DNA of 64,000 nucleotides from the NCBI GenBank assembly GCA_963769425.1, contig CAVYLP010000006.1, positions 224,001 through 288,000 of the forward strand, written 5' to 3'. Each line of letters begins with the position of its first letter. Position 1 is the first letter of the stretch. Positions 29,103-39,020 of this stretch are shown here, piece by piece. Both the position numbers and the translations under genes were made by a program. A model generated the notes under the pieces. It saw only the letters and a program-made list of their open reading frames with translations. It ran no database searches and was not told where the DNA came from. This DNA is from Candidatus Bathyarchaeota archaeon. GTDB lineage: Archaea; Thermoproteota; Bathyarchaeia; TCS64.

Positions 29103-29312
29103 ATCTATTGGTCAAGAATTATCAATTCTATGAATTAATTCTTCTCATATATGTTAAACGTCAATAATTTGCTCTGATTTTAGTCGTTTTTCGAGGAGGG
29201 GTAAATTTTATCCCCATTGCAAGCAGACGTTGTTAAGCTGCGCAACTCTTTTTGCTCATAACCTTTAATCACCGAGCTACCCAAGAAGACACAAGGACAG
29301 AGGCTACACTGA

Positions 29313-32229
29313 ATGGTTGACTGGAAACAACTCGAACAGAAGTGGCAGGGACGCTGGGCGGAGGCCGCAGCCTTCGAGACCGACCCCGACCGGGAGAAGC
29401 CCAAGTACTACCTCACCGTCGCCTACCCCTACCCCAACTCGCCACAACATATCGGTCACGGCCGAACCTACACACTCACAGACGTACACGCCAGATACAT
29501 GAGGATGCGGGGCTACAACGTCCTCTTCCCAATGGCCTGGCACTACACCGGCACACCCCTCTTCGCAATGGTCGAGCGACTCAAGGAACGAGACCCCGCC
29601 CTAGTCGATACATTCCTCAACCTCTACGGCATACCCGAGTCGAAGCTGAAGGAGCTGGAAACACCCGTCTCCATGGCCAACTACTTTGTCAGCGAGATCA
29701 AGGGGGGCATGAAGAAGATCGGCTTCAGCATCGACTGGCGCCGAACCTTCACAACAGTCGACGATTACTACCACAAGTTCATCGAGTGGCAGTTCGCCAA
29801 GCTCCGCCAGAAGGGCTACATCACGCAGGGAAGCCACCCAGTCGGATGGTGTCCAAGCTGCGGCAACCCCGTCGGCCAACACGACACAATCGGCGACAAG
29901 GAGCCAGAGATCGAGGAGTTCACCCTAATCAAGTTCAGGAAGGGGGACACCGTCTTCCCCGCGGCCACCCTCCGCCCAGAGACCATCTACGGAGTCACAA
30001 ACATGTGGCTCAACCCCGACGCCGTCTACGTAGAGGCCACCGTCGATGGCGAGACATGGATCGTCAGCGCCGAGGCGGCCAGGAAGCTGGATATGCTGGG
30101 ACACAAGGTCAAGGTCGAGACCGAGTTCCAGGGCGCCCGCCTGATAGGGCAGACCCTGACAAATCCAGCGACAGGCAAGGAGATTATAATCCTACCAGCC
30201 CCATTCGTCGACCCTAAGAACGCCACAGGAGTAGTCATGAGCGTCCCTGCAGTTGCCCCATTCGACTATGTAGCACTGGAGCAACTAAAACGGGAAGTCC
30301 ACACAAACCCAGACGCCTACACAATCAAGCACGGCGACATCGCCAACATAAATCTGATCAGCGTCGTTGAAATTCCCGGATACAGCGAATTCCCTGCTGT
30401 CGACGTCATCAAGAGGATGAACATAACAGACCAGAATAGCCCAGACCTCGAGAAAGCAACGAAGGAACTCTACAGCGCAGAGTTCCACGCTGGTAAGATG
30501 ATGGGTATAGCCAAGCAGTACGTCGGGCTAGCCGTACAGGTCGCCAAGCCGGCCGTTAAGAACGACCTCATCGCAAACAACAACGCCGCCACCATGTACG
30601 AGATGATCGAACCAGTCCAGTGCCGCTGCGGAACCGAGGTCGTCGTCAAGATATTCGAGAACCAGTGGTTCATCAACTACGGCGACGAGGCGTGGAAGAA
30701 GCTCGCACGCGAGAACATCGACCAGATGGAGATCGTGCCCCGCGAGCTGAAGCAGGAGTTCTTCAACGTCGTCGACTGGCTCAAGGCGAAGGCATGCGCC
30801 CGCAAGGCTGGGATGGGCACCCGCCTGCCCTGGGAGCCCGACTGGATAATCGAGTCGCTCTCAGACTCCACCATCTACATGGCTTACTACACCGTCATCA
30901 AGGGGCTAAACGAGGTCAAGCCCAAGCCGGAGCAGCTTAACGAGGCGTTCTGGGACTACGTCTTCCTCGGCATAGGGACCCCCGTCAAGGTGGAGACAGC
31001 CACTGGCATCCCCATGGAGAAGATCGAGGAGCTGCACAACGAATTCAGCTACTTCTACCCAATGGATGCCCGCCACAGTGGAAGGGACCTAATCCCCAAC
31101 CACCTGACCTTCATGATCTTCATACACGACGCCATCTGGGGGCGCGAGTACTGGCCACAGGGCATCTTCGTCAACGGCTCCGTCCTCATGGAGGGGGCGA
31201 AGATGAGCAAGAGCATGAACAACATCATCCCGCTCGTCAACGCCATCGACCGCTTCGGCGCAGACCCACTGAGGATAAGCCTCATGATCACCGCCGAGCC
31301 ACTCAAGGACGCGGACTTCAGCCCAGACCTCGCAAAGAGCATGATGGGGCTACTCGAGGGCTTCTACGCGCGCGCACAGAGGATCATCTCGCGAGAAGCA
31401 GGAGGGCTCCTACGAGCTGCAGGAGATAGACCTCTGGATGCTCAGCAGGCTGCAGAGCCACATCGCCGACGCGAACGAGGCTATGCACGAGCTAAAGGTC
31501 AGGAAGACCATCCACGCCGCCACATACGACCTGGAGGGCGACCTCGACTGGTACCTGAAGAGGGTCGCCTACGACAGGGACCACGAGGAACGCCGCAAGG
31601 CCATCAGCCACGTCGAGTGGACCGTGCTGGACACGCAGGTCCGCCTGCTCGCACCCTTCACCCCCCACCTCTGCGAGGAGATCTGGGAGCAGATGGGCGG
31701 GGAGGGCTTCGTCGCCTTCGCCCCTTGGCCGGAGGTCGACGGCTCACAGATCAGGGAGGACGCAGAGGAGCTCGAGACCATCGTCAAGACATGCACCGAG
31801 GACGTCACCAACATCACCAGGGTGACGGGCATCAAGCCCGCGACCATCCACTTCTACACCGCGGACAACTGGAAGTGGAAGATGCTGGAGAAGGCGATGG
31901 AGATGCAGACGAAGGGAAACGTCGACATCGGCACCATGATCAGGGAGTCCTTCAAGGATGAGGAGATGAGGACGAAGCAGAAGGAGGTCCCCGCCTACGC
32001 CCGGACCCTCGTCGACGAGGTAAAGAAGATGCCCGAGGCGACCCTCAAGCTCCGCCGGGGGATGGGCCACGTCAACGAGACGACGCTCCTCCAGGACGCG
32101 GAGAGGTTCCTCAAGGCCGAGTTCGGCTGCGACGTCACAGTCTCGGGGGAGAGCGACCCTTGGATCGAGGACCCGGCGAAGAGGGCGAGCCGCGCAAAGC
32201 CATACAGACCCGCCATCTACGTCGCCTAA
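29313..32229 (+). CDS. leuS: leucyl-tRNA synthetase (archaeal type), one extra base near 31391
   Basis: YPYPN...HIGH, ATLRPET, SLSDSTIYMA, KMSKS; C-terminal LLAPF.PH..EEIW and A.P.RPAIY in the shifted frame. Span is 3n+1. Confidence 0.95.
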
Positions 32230-32253
32230 ACCCAAAGAATTAAAAACTGATCA

Positions 32254-32316
32254 GGTATTACACTTATTATTTCTCCTACGCAAGGAATAAGTAATACCAT
32301 TTATCCTAGTAATACT
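32254..32316 (+). promoter_or_regulatory. inverted repeat upstream of vapBC, putative autoregulatory operator
   Basis: GGTATTAC(ACTTATT)...(AATAA)GTAATACC plus a further AGTAATAC at 32308. Confidence 0.45.
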
Positions 32317-32319
32317 GAT

Positions 32320-32586
32320 ATGGCCGGTATCTACGTGGTCACCGTTACTAGTAAGGGACAAGCGACTATTCCCAAGGAGTTAAGGGATGAGTTCGGTATC
32401 GAGCGTAAGGTGATATTCGAGGGAGGGGAAGGGGTCATACTATTGAAGCCCGCCCCCGAGCCCCTCAAAGACGTCGGGATGTTCCGCCACCTCGCCAAAG
32501 GAAGGACCGCTGCACAACTTCTAAAAGCGGATGATAAAGAGGAAACCGACAGAGAACAGCGATTGACGAGGTCGCGCAGTCGATGA
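32320..32586 (+). CDS. vapB: AbrB/MazE-type antitoxin (VapB)
   Basis: VTSKGQ.TIPKELR..FGI; overlaps the PIN gene by ATGA. Confidence 0.88.
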   Translation: MAGIYVVTVTSKGQATIPKELRDEFGIERKVIFEGGEGVILLKPAPEPLKDVGMFRHLAKGRTAAQLLKADDKEETDREQRLTRSRSR

Positions 32587-32978
32587 GTTACGTTTTCGAT
32601 GCGGAGCCACTCCTAGCCTACTTCCTAGGTGAGAACGGGGCCTTCAAGGTAGCTGAACTTCTACATCAGGTGAGCAAAGGCGACATAAAGGCTTCAATCA
32701 GTCTAGTCAACCTGACAGATTTCTACTACGCCTTGTATCGACTCGACGAAAAAGCACCTGAGGTCGCAGTCCAGAGGCTACGCGCATATGGGATGGGTTT
32801 CATCCCAGTGGACGAAGGAGACATCTGGAGGGTAGCCGCCGAGATAAAGGCGACCCATAGATTGTCTCTTGGTGACGCATTTGCCGCCTCAACAGCCAAG
32901 GTGAGAGGCGCTATATTGGTTGCAGGAAGTGATCCCGAGTTGGAAGACCTCGGGATAGAACTGCTAAGAATAAGGTAG
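32583..32978 (+). CDS. vapC: PIN-domain toxin (VapC)
   Basis: YVFDA...AY..GE, LSLGDAFA..TA, GSDPE. Confidence 0.9.
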   Translation: MSYVFDAEPLLAYFLGENGAFKVAELLHQVSKGDIKASISLVNLTDFYYALYRLDEKAPEVAVQRLRAYGMGFIPVDEGDIWRVAAEIKATHRLSLGDAFAASTAKVRGAILVAGSDPELEDLGIELLRIR

Positions 32979-32982
32979 AGTG

Positions 32983-33605
32983 TTAAGCCGTCTCTGCAAC
33001 TACTTCGACCGGTGCCGGGACCGCCCCAGCGATTGGTGCTGCGAGTGAGCTGAGCTCTTCCTGACGCCTACGTGGCGGAGCGCCGTCACGTTCTTCGCCT
33101 GGTTGTAGACGTCGCTGGCGAGCTTGCCGAGGACCATCTCGTGGGCGATCTGGTCGAAGGTGAGGGTCTTCGCCTTCTCGTTGACTATCGCCGTCATGAT
33201 GACGCGGATCTCGTGCTCCTGGCTCGACTTGATCCTCACCTGCGTCAGCGCGGTGACGATGATCTTTAACTTGTAGCCGTCGGTGGTGGTTATGCGGTAT
33301 ATCCCGTCGACCTTGGTGCTCCTGCGGCGGACGAGGCTGCGGAGGTAGTCGCGCAGGTACTCGTGCCCCTTGAAGATGGTGGTTGCCTTGTGGTCTTCGA
33401 CGCCGGTGACCTGGAAGTACATCTTGATGTACTCCTGGCTGAAGTCTCCGGTTATCTGTGCGAGCGTCGTCTCGAAGACGCGGCCGTTGAGGAGTGCATC
33501 TTCCTCGGCGGGTGTCTCGCCGACCTTGGTCTCGCCGAAGTAGCGGGGGAGGATGATGTCGTACCAGTCCTTCCTACGCCATTTATCCTTGACGGCCTTA
33601 GACAA
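32983..33605 (-). CDS. rps3ae: 30S ribosomal protein eS1 (S3Ae), two extra bases near 33045-33053
   Basis: DKW..K.WY.I..P..F, DYLRSLVRR.STKVD. Corrected C-terminus RKSQLLAAPIAG...ETA* at 32983. Confidence 0.93.
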
Positions 33606-33682
33606 ACTTTCGAATCTCTCCTATTTTCAGCACCATGGAACTGCCCGGCGCTCATTTATACCTTTCTCTAAAACGGGTGGGG

Positions 33683-33941
33683 CTAGTCGAGTCCTTTGAG
33701 TGCCTTCTCCGCCGCGGCGAGGCAGCTGAGCAGGTCATCGAGGGTCGAGATGAGGCTCCCCACCCCCTTAGGGCAGCGCACCCTGATGGAAAATCTCGGA
33801 GTTCTTCTGCTCAACGTCGATTTTGAGGCCCTCAGGGGCCTGGAAGTTGTCGGGGCTCACGGCCTCGGCTACGGCCCTCGCGGTCTCCTCGTCGGGGTAT
33901 CGTAGGGTTAGCTCAGCTTCCGCTCCACTGTTTGGCGACAA
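33683..33941 (-). CDS. pcc1: KEOPS subunit Pcc1, one extra base near 33790
   Basis: Manual translation AEAELTLRYPDEETARAVAEAVSPDN...SLISTLDDLLSCLAAAEKAL; canonical rps15-DHH-pcc1-rps3ae order. Confidence 0.8.
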
Positions 33942-35340
33942 GCTCGTCGACCCTCCTCATGAACTCGTCCTCCGCCCCCTGGGGTATGAATGCTCCGGCG
34001 GCGTTGTCGTGCCCCCCGCCGGCGCCCTTGACACCGCCTGCGGCCTCCTGCATGATCTTGCCGAGGTGGATGCCCATGTAGGCCGTGCCCTCCGCGATCC
34101 TTGATGAAATCTTGACTGTGCCGTCGTCGCTGTTGGCGGCGGAGACGATCGGCTTGGTGCTCTTGAGTATGCCCTGGCCGAGGAGTATGCTGGAGACGAC
34201 GCCGATTATGTTCTCGTCGATGTCGTTGCCCGCGCTGAGGACGTAGATGGCGCTCAGCTCCTTGATCCTGTCGCCGGTCCTGACCCAGTCGAGGTAGCCG
34301 CCTATCTTTCGGCGGTAATCGTCTACCGTCTGCTCCGCGTCCTTCATGGCCTCGCCGCGGTCTCCGAGGCAGATGCCTATACCTAGGCTGGGTCGCCTCA
34401 TGCGGGCGCATGCGTTGAGGAGACTTGAGTACTCTCGCCCGTCGCGGAGGGGCGTCGTCGCCTCCTCCTTCTTGAAGGTGTAGACCGTGCCGATGAGGTT
34501 GTGGACGGTCTTGGCGTCGCAGCCCTGGGCGACCATGTGGCTGCTGAGGGCTGAGAAGAGCTTCCTCTTCTCCTCCTCGTCTAGGTCGCTTAGGCTCCTC
34601 ATCCGGTCCCCCGTCTTTAGGGGGATTCCTATGTGGTCGAGGAAGGCGACGCAGCTGTCCTCCCTGCCGCTGAGGCCAGGGATAAATGGAGTCGTCGTGT
34701 TGGCGATGGCGCGTGCTATTGGGCGGGTCTCGTGGCCGTAGAAGATGAGGTCCACGTCCTTTGAGAGGAGCCCCGCCGCTGTTGCCTCCTCCTCGATGAG
34801 GGTGTTGACCCCCTTGAGGCTCTTCTTCTCACCCTTGTCCTGCTGGTCGCCGAGGGCGCCGACGAGGCCGAGGGGGGAGAGGTCGACGTTCCTGGGGTCG
34901 AGTTCCTTCGCGAATAGGTAGCAGACGCCGGAGGCGGCGATGTCCCGCGAGCCGTCGATGCCGTGCAGGTGGGGGTTGACCTGTATGACCCGAGCGGGTT
35001 GATCCCCCATCGGCATGTGGTGGTCGAGGATGATGACGTCGATGTTCGGCAGTGCCTTGCCCACAAGCTCGAGGTATCCTGAGCCGAAGTCGGTGAGCAC
35101 GACGAGTGAGGGCTTCTCCTCCGCGACGCCCCTGAGTATCTGCTCGTCGAGGCGCTTCTCGACGGTTGTCTTGAAGGGAGCGCCCACTCTCTTACAGGCA
35201 TTGCTCAGAATGCCACCTGAGGCAACGCCGTCAGCGTCGTTGTGGGTTAGAATACGGATGACTGCGCCCTCGTCGGAGTGTGTTTTGAAGAGATCGATTG
35301 CTGGCTTGAAGGAGGATAAAAACTCCTTTGGGGGCTCCAA
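33913..35340 (-). CDS. DHH/DHHA1 RecJ/Cdc45-like nuclease
   Basis: H.DADG, TDFGSG, LDHH, GA.GD.Q, GGGH..AAG. Confidence 0.93.
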   Translation of the reverse strand: MEPPKEFLSSFKPAIDLFKTHSDEGAVIRILTHNDADGVASGGILSNACKRVGAPFKTTVEKRLDEQILRGVAEEKPSLVVLTDFGSGYLELVGKALPNIDVIILDHHMPMGDQPARVIQVNPHLHGIDGSRDIAASGVCYLFAKELDPRNVDLSPLGLVGALGDQQDKGEKKSLKGVNTLIEEEATAAGLLSKDVDLIFYGHETRPIARAIANTTTPFIPGLSGREDSCVAFLDHIGIPLKTGDRMRSLSDLDEEEKRKLFSALSSHMVAQGCDAKTVHNLIGTVYTFKKEEATTPLRDGREYSSLLNACARMRRPSLGIGICLGDRGEAMKDAEQTVDDYRRKIGGYLDWVRTGDRIKELSAIYVLSAGNDIDENIIGVVSSILLGQGILKSTKPIVSAANSDDGTVKISSRIAEGTAYMGIHLGKIMQEAAGGVKGAGGGHDNAAGAFIPQGAEDEFMRRVDELVAKQWSGS

Positions 35341-35351
35341 TTCGGGTCAGA

Positions 35352-35795
35352 CTAGATGGTGACGATCTCGTCCCTGTAGTTCCAGTCCTTGGGTAGGATG
35401 CCCTTGCTCTTGTAATACTTCGTGACCCTGTAGATCATGGACTCGGTTAGGTGTAGGCCCCTCTTGTTCCCGTAGTCCTTTGCGTTACGCTCCATGTGGC
35501 GCTTCATCCTCGTGGCGCGTATCATGAGGTTGTATAGGTCCTCGGGGATGGTCGGCGCGATGCCTGCCTCGGTTAGTACCTTGCGTATGCCGTAGCCGAC
35601 TATCGGCTTCACGAGCGGGATGCCGTGCTCGTCGCGGAGGGTGTTGCCGATCTCGCTCTCCTTGCGCCCCTCTCTCGCTAGGTTGATTATGAGCGCCTTG
35701 ACCTCGTCTGGCTGGTAGACCACCCAGGTTGGGGGCCTCTTGGAGACGGGTCTCTGTGAGAGTGAGCGCCCCTGCATGCTTGATAGCTTGACCAT
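35352..35795 (-). CDS. rps15: 30S ribosomal protein uS15
   Basis: S.IG..LRD.HGIP, PEDL..L...A....H...N.KD..NKRGL...ES.I.R..KYY. Confidence 0.96.
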   Translation of the reverse strand: MVKLSSMQGRSLSQRPVSKRPPTWVVYQPDEVKALIINLAREGRKESEIGNTLRDEHGIPLVKPIVGYGIRKVLTEAGIAPTIPEDLYNLMIRATRMKRHMERNAKDYGNKRGLHLTESMIYRVTKYYKSKGILPKDWNYRDEIVTI

Positions 35796-36084
35796 TTGTT
35801 TTTCGCCTTGCCCGGGTGACCCGGAATGCGTCAGTGATAGACCCGGGGTTGTTTAAAAAACTTTACTGAAAAAAAACGTTGGGATAACAAAATAATACCC
35901 TAATTTTGAGGCAAAAACCATCTCTAAGCTAAAACTCGGAAAATTAGGGGCCCCCAACCTTAGATACTATATACCCCATGCCCCATCCTGTTTCGATCGA
36001 GTAGACCTCACCTGTCGATGGATCAACTTTAGCTATACTCAACCTAAAGGAAAAACCACTGATGCGTGGAAAAAACGTTATCCT

Positions 36085-36575
36085 AGCGTAGCCGGAACAA
36101 GTTCAACCCTACTAGGAACAATTTGTGCCACCCTACACGGAACACGTTCCACCTACCCCGGAACACATCACCCCGATCAGAGGGCTGCGTGTTCCACCCT
36201 AGAGGGAACAATTCGTTCCAGGCATCACGGAACATGTACCACCGTACATGGAACACTGAACCCATGCCTCTACGACAGGGTAGATAGGGATCGGCGACTT
36301 GAGTTACGGGTCTCGATGTACCGCTGCATGGAATCCGTATGGCGGAAAAACGTTATACCATGCTACCAGGAACCCGATTCCTAGCCACATGGAATTAAGT
36401 CGCTGCTACCAGGAACAATGTACCTGCTACTAGGAATAAGTTGTACCAGCTACAAGGAATTGGTATACCAGCTACTAGGAATTGAGTTCCTGTTACTAGG
36501 AATACGATGTACCCGCTGCTAGGAACAATGTTCCAGCTACTAGGAATAAGGTCGTTATAAGGAACACCAATTCCC
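36085..36575. repeat. array of about 18 degenerate palindromic units GT(T/A)CC-N8/9-GGAA(C/T), period mostly 21-24 bp
   Basis: GGAA(C/T) cores start at 36094, 36115, 36139, 36160, 36205, 36229, 36250, 36330, 36369, 36391, 36412, 36433, 36456, 36478, 36499, 36522, 36543 and 36561. Confidence 0.9.
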
Positions 36576-36763
36576 TCCGACTGATTACCAAGTTGCACGA
36601 TTCTGTGTGCGTTTACCCTTCAAGTGGCTACAAGGTTCACGTTTATTGAGGATAACTATTTGCGATGTAGTTGCTTCATGTCGTATCCTCATCAATGTTG
36701 AGAATAAGGGCCTAGAAATCTATTGCTAAGTGCTAGAAGAATGAGCGACTATTGATGAATCAG

Positions 36764-37321
36764 TCAAGCTTTTATCAGCCACTCGGCGAGTGCCCGGAAG
36801 GCTCTGGCACGGTGGCTGATTCTATTCTTTGCATCGGGCTCCATCTCCCCGAATGTTTGCCCCTTGCCCTCAGAGGGAATAAATATTGGGTCATAGCCGA
36901 ATCCGTTTGTGCCGCGGATGCTGCGAGCTAGCTCACCGTCGACGGCGCCGCGGAAGATGTGAACACCAGATTCGTCACGGTATGCGATAGCGGAGACGTA
37001 GTTAGCGCTCCTATCCCTCTCGCCGTCCATGAGCTTGAGTATGCCGGGGTTGCCGAGGCGTTCGAGGACGTAGCTGCTGTAGGGGCCGGGGAATCCTCCC
37101 CAGCGGTCGATGGAGACGCCGGCGTCCTCGACGCATAGGGGTCTATCATCTTTAACCTGTGCAAGGCTGTATGCTGCGATATCTGCTGGGTCGTCAGCCT
37201 GTATCTCGACGCGTTCGAGGGGGTAATGTTCAAGGGTGATGCCGTAGGGGGCTAGGACCTCCGCCGCCTCCTTGAGCTTGTGCTTGTTTCCGGTGGCGAA
37301 CCAGATCTTACTCTTTGTCAA
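36764..37321 (-). CDS. rdgB: non-canonical purine NTP pyrophosphatase (RdgB/HAM1)
   Basis: FATGN.HK..E, VEDAG, GFPGPYS, GFGYDPIF.P, KN.ISHR.RA. Confidence 0.95.
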   Translation of the reverse strand: MTKSKIWFATGNKHKLKEAAEVLAPYGITLEHYPLERVEIQADDPADIAAYSLAQVKDDRPLCVEDAGVSIDRWGGFPGPYSSYVLERLGNPGILKLMDGERDRSANYVSAIAYRDESGVHIFRGAVDGELARSIRGTNGFGYDPIFIPSEGKGQTFGEMEPDAKNRISHRARAFRALAEWLIKA

Positions 37322-37946
37322 TGTAGCGTCCCCTTCGCCTGATCTCGTCTGCGCGCTGGAATACCTCCTCGGCCTCCGGACCCATAGTGGCCCTGTAGCC
37401 CTCCTTGAATGATTCGAGGAGTGGCTCCATGATGGTGTAGTGGGTACTGGCGAGCATCCTGACCATGAGGTTGAAGTCTACGCCGCGCTTCTCGACTTCC
37501 TTGCTGATCTCGCCTAGGCCGAAGTCTATGAAGACGATGCGTTCCCCGGACTTGATCATGTTGCTTGTCGTGAGGTCGCCGTGTATGAGGGCGGCGCGGT
37601 GGAGCCTGCCGGATTCCTCGCCGATGAGGCGGAAGAGGGCGCGGTTCTCCTCGAGGCTCAGCTTGGGTACGGCATCCCTGACCTTCGTGCCCTCGATGAA
37701 CTCCATGACTATGGTTGCGTCATCGGGGTCGAGCTGATAGATGAGGGGGGTGGGTACGCCGGCCTCCTTGGCGCGGTGAATGAGGTCGGCCTCGTGGAGG
37801 GTTCGGTACCTGCGTATTTCCCGGTCTATCTGGGGGTGGCGGTACTTCTTGACACCTCGGCGCTTGAGGAGCGCCTTTCTCCCGTTCCAGTCCGGGTCTA
37901 GGAGGAGATCCGCCTCGGCACCCTTCGCTATGAGTGTCAGCGCCAT
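37308..37946 (-). CDS. bud32: KEOPS kinase Bud32
   Basis: GAEA, K.YRHP..D, IHGDLTTSN, IDFGL, C-terminal RGRY. Start ATG 37946. Confidence 0.95.
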   Translation of the reverse strand: MALTLIAKGAEADLLLDPDWNGRKALLKRRGVKKYRHPQIDREIRRYRTLHEADLIHRAKEAGVPTPLIYQLDPDDATIVMEFIEGTKVRDAVPKLSLEENRALFRLIGEESGRLHRAALIHGDLTTSNMIKSGERIVFIDFGLGEISKEVEKRGVDFNLMVRMLASTHYTIMEPLLESFKEGYRATMGPEAEEVFQRADEIRRRGRYIDKE

Positions 37947-38938
37947 GGTATCTCCACCTCGTCGAGCCTCCACCTGGGGTCGACGTAGCTCGTCTCTATC
38001 GGGGTCCTGACGCCGTGGGTGTAGGCAAGTATCCCGGTCCACGCTATCATAGCGCCGTTGTCCGTAGCGAGACTGATGGGGACGTAGTAGGGCTTGGCGC
38101 CCTGCTCCTCCGCGATCTCCTTGATGACACTTCTGAGCCTCTTGTTTGCGCCGACGCCCCCCGTGAGCAGCAGCTCTGGCTTCTTCGTGTGGGCTAGAGC
38201 CCGCTCCGTGACTTCCCCGAGCATCGCGTATCCTGTCTCCTGCAGACTGTAGCAGAGGTCGGGGATGCTGTGCTTGCCTGATCTGAACTCGTTGCTGACG
38301 GCAGTGAGCAGGCCGCTGAAGCTCATGTCCATGCCCTTTACGGCGTAGGGGAGGGGGATGAGCTTCGAGCCCTGGGCCGCGAATTTTTCTATGGCGGGTC
38401 CGCCGGGGTACTCAAGCCCTGCTAGGCGGGCGAAGGTATCTAGGCAGTTCCCGATGGCGATGTCGAGGGTTTCCCCGAAGACGCGGTAACGCCCCGACTC
38501 GAAGCCCGAGACGATCGTGTTACCCCCGCTGACGTAGAGTGTGAGTGGGTCCTTAGCCCCCGTGGCTAGGCGCCCGACCTCGATGTGGCTTATACAGTGA
38601 TTGACGCCGACGAGTGGGACCTTGAGGTAGCTGGCGAGCGCGCGCGCCCCGGTTGCACCAGTGCGTAGGCAAGGGCCGAGACCTGGGCCCTGCGCAAACG
38701 ATACGAAGTCTATGTCCTTCGCGGTTATGTGCGCCTTACCCAACGCGGCGGTGATGACCGCGCCGATGTTCTCCGAGTGGTGGCGCGCCGCCTCGCGGGG
38801 GTGGATGCCACCGAGATCCGGCACATGAACCTTAACCTCATTGGCCAGAATCTTGCCGTCGCTTGATGCTATGCCCACCCCTAGGTTGTCCGCAGTGGAC
38901 TCGATGCCCAGGCAGATGAGTGGATCTATCCCCGCCAC
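37937..38938 (-). CDS. kae1: t6A threonylcarbamoyltransferase Kae1
   Basis: LGIESTA, GGIHPRE, GPGLGPCL, NHC.SH.E, YVSGGNT, DNGAMIA. Start approximate. Confidence 0.96.
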   Translation of the reverse strand: MAGIDPLICLGIESTADNLGVGIASSDGKILANEVKVHVPDLGGIHPREAARHHSENIGAVITAALGKAHITAKDIDFVSFAQGPGLGPCLRTGATGARALASYLKVPLVGVNHCISHIEVGRLATGAKDPLTLYVSGGNTIVSGFESGRYRVFGETLDIAIGNCLDTFARLAGLEYPGGPAIEKFAAQGSKLIPLPYAVKGMDMSFSGLLTAVSNEFRSGKHSIPDLCYSLQETGYAMLGEVTERALAHTKKPELLLTGGVGANKRLRSVIKEIAEEQGAKPYYVPISLATDNGAMIAWTGILAYTHGVRTPIETSYVDPRWRLDEVEIPWR

Positions 38939-39020
38939 CTTCAACAGCAACGCGAAGAGAACCGATAAAAACCTTTAGAAAAAGTGGACTTAGCATCCCA
39001 GAGCCCAAATGTCGACTGAG

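Larger units (their letters stand above)
27664..29260. other. AT-rich insert between the permease and leuS
   Basis: Visibly much lower GC than the flanking genes; sparse short ORFs. Confidence 0.75.

Noticed and set aside
31380-31440. Naturally split or programmed-frameshift LeuRS
   Set aside because: One extra base explains it, no slippery site or stimulatory structure is evident, and the same defect type recurs in many unrelated genes.
33683-33910. GC-rich apparent intergenic gap, considered as RNase P or SRP RNA
   Set aside because: It translates as frameshifted Pcc1 in its canonical position, and the conserved RNA motifs were not seen.
36085-36575. CRISPR array interpretation of the repeat
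   Set aside because: The period is about 21-24 bp with no unique 30-40 bp spacers, the units are degenerate, and no cas genes are in the window.
36083-36598. Minus-strand ORFs 36083-36265 and 36395-36598 with repetitive peptides
   Set aside because: They are translations of the DNA repeat. Unit lengths vary (21-24 bp, not always multiples of 3), so the peptide repeat changes frame.
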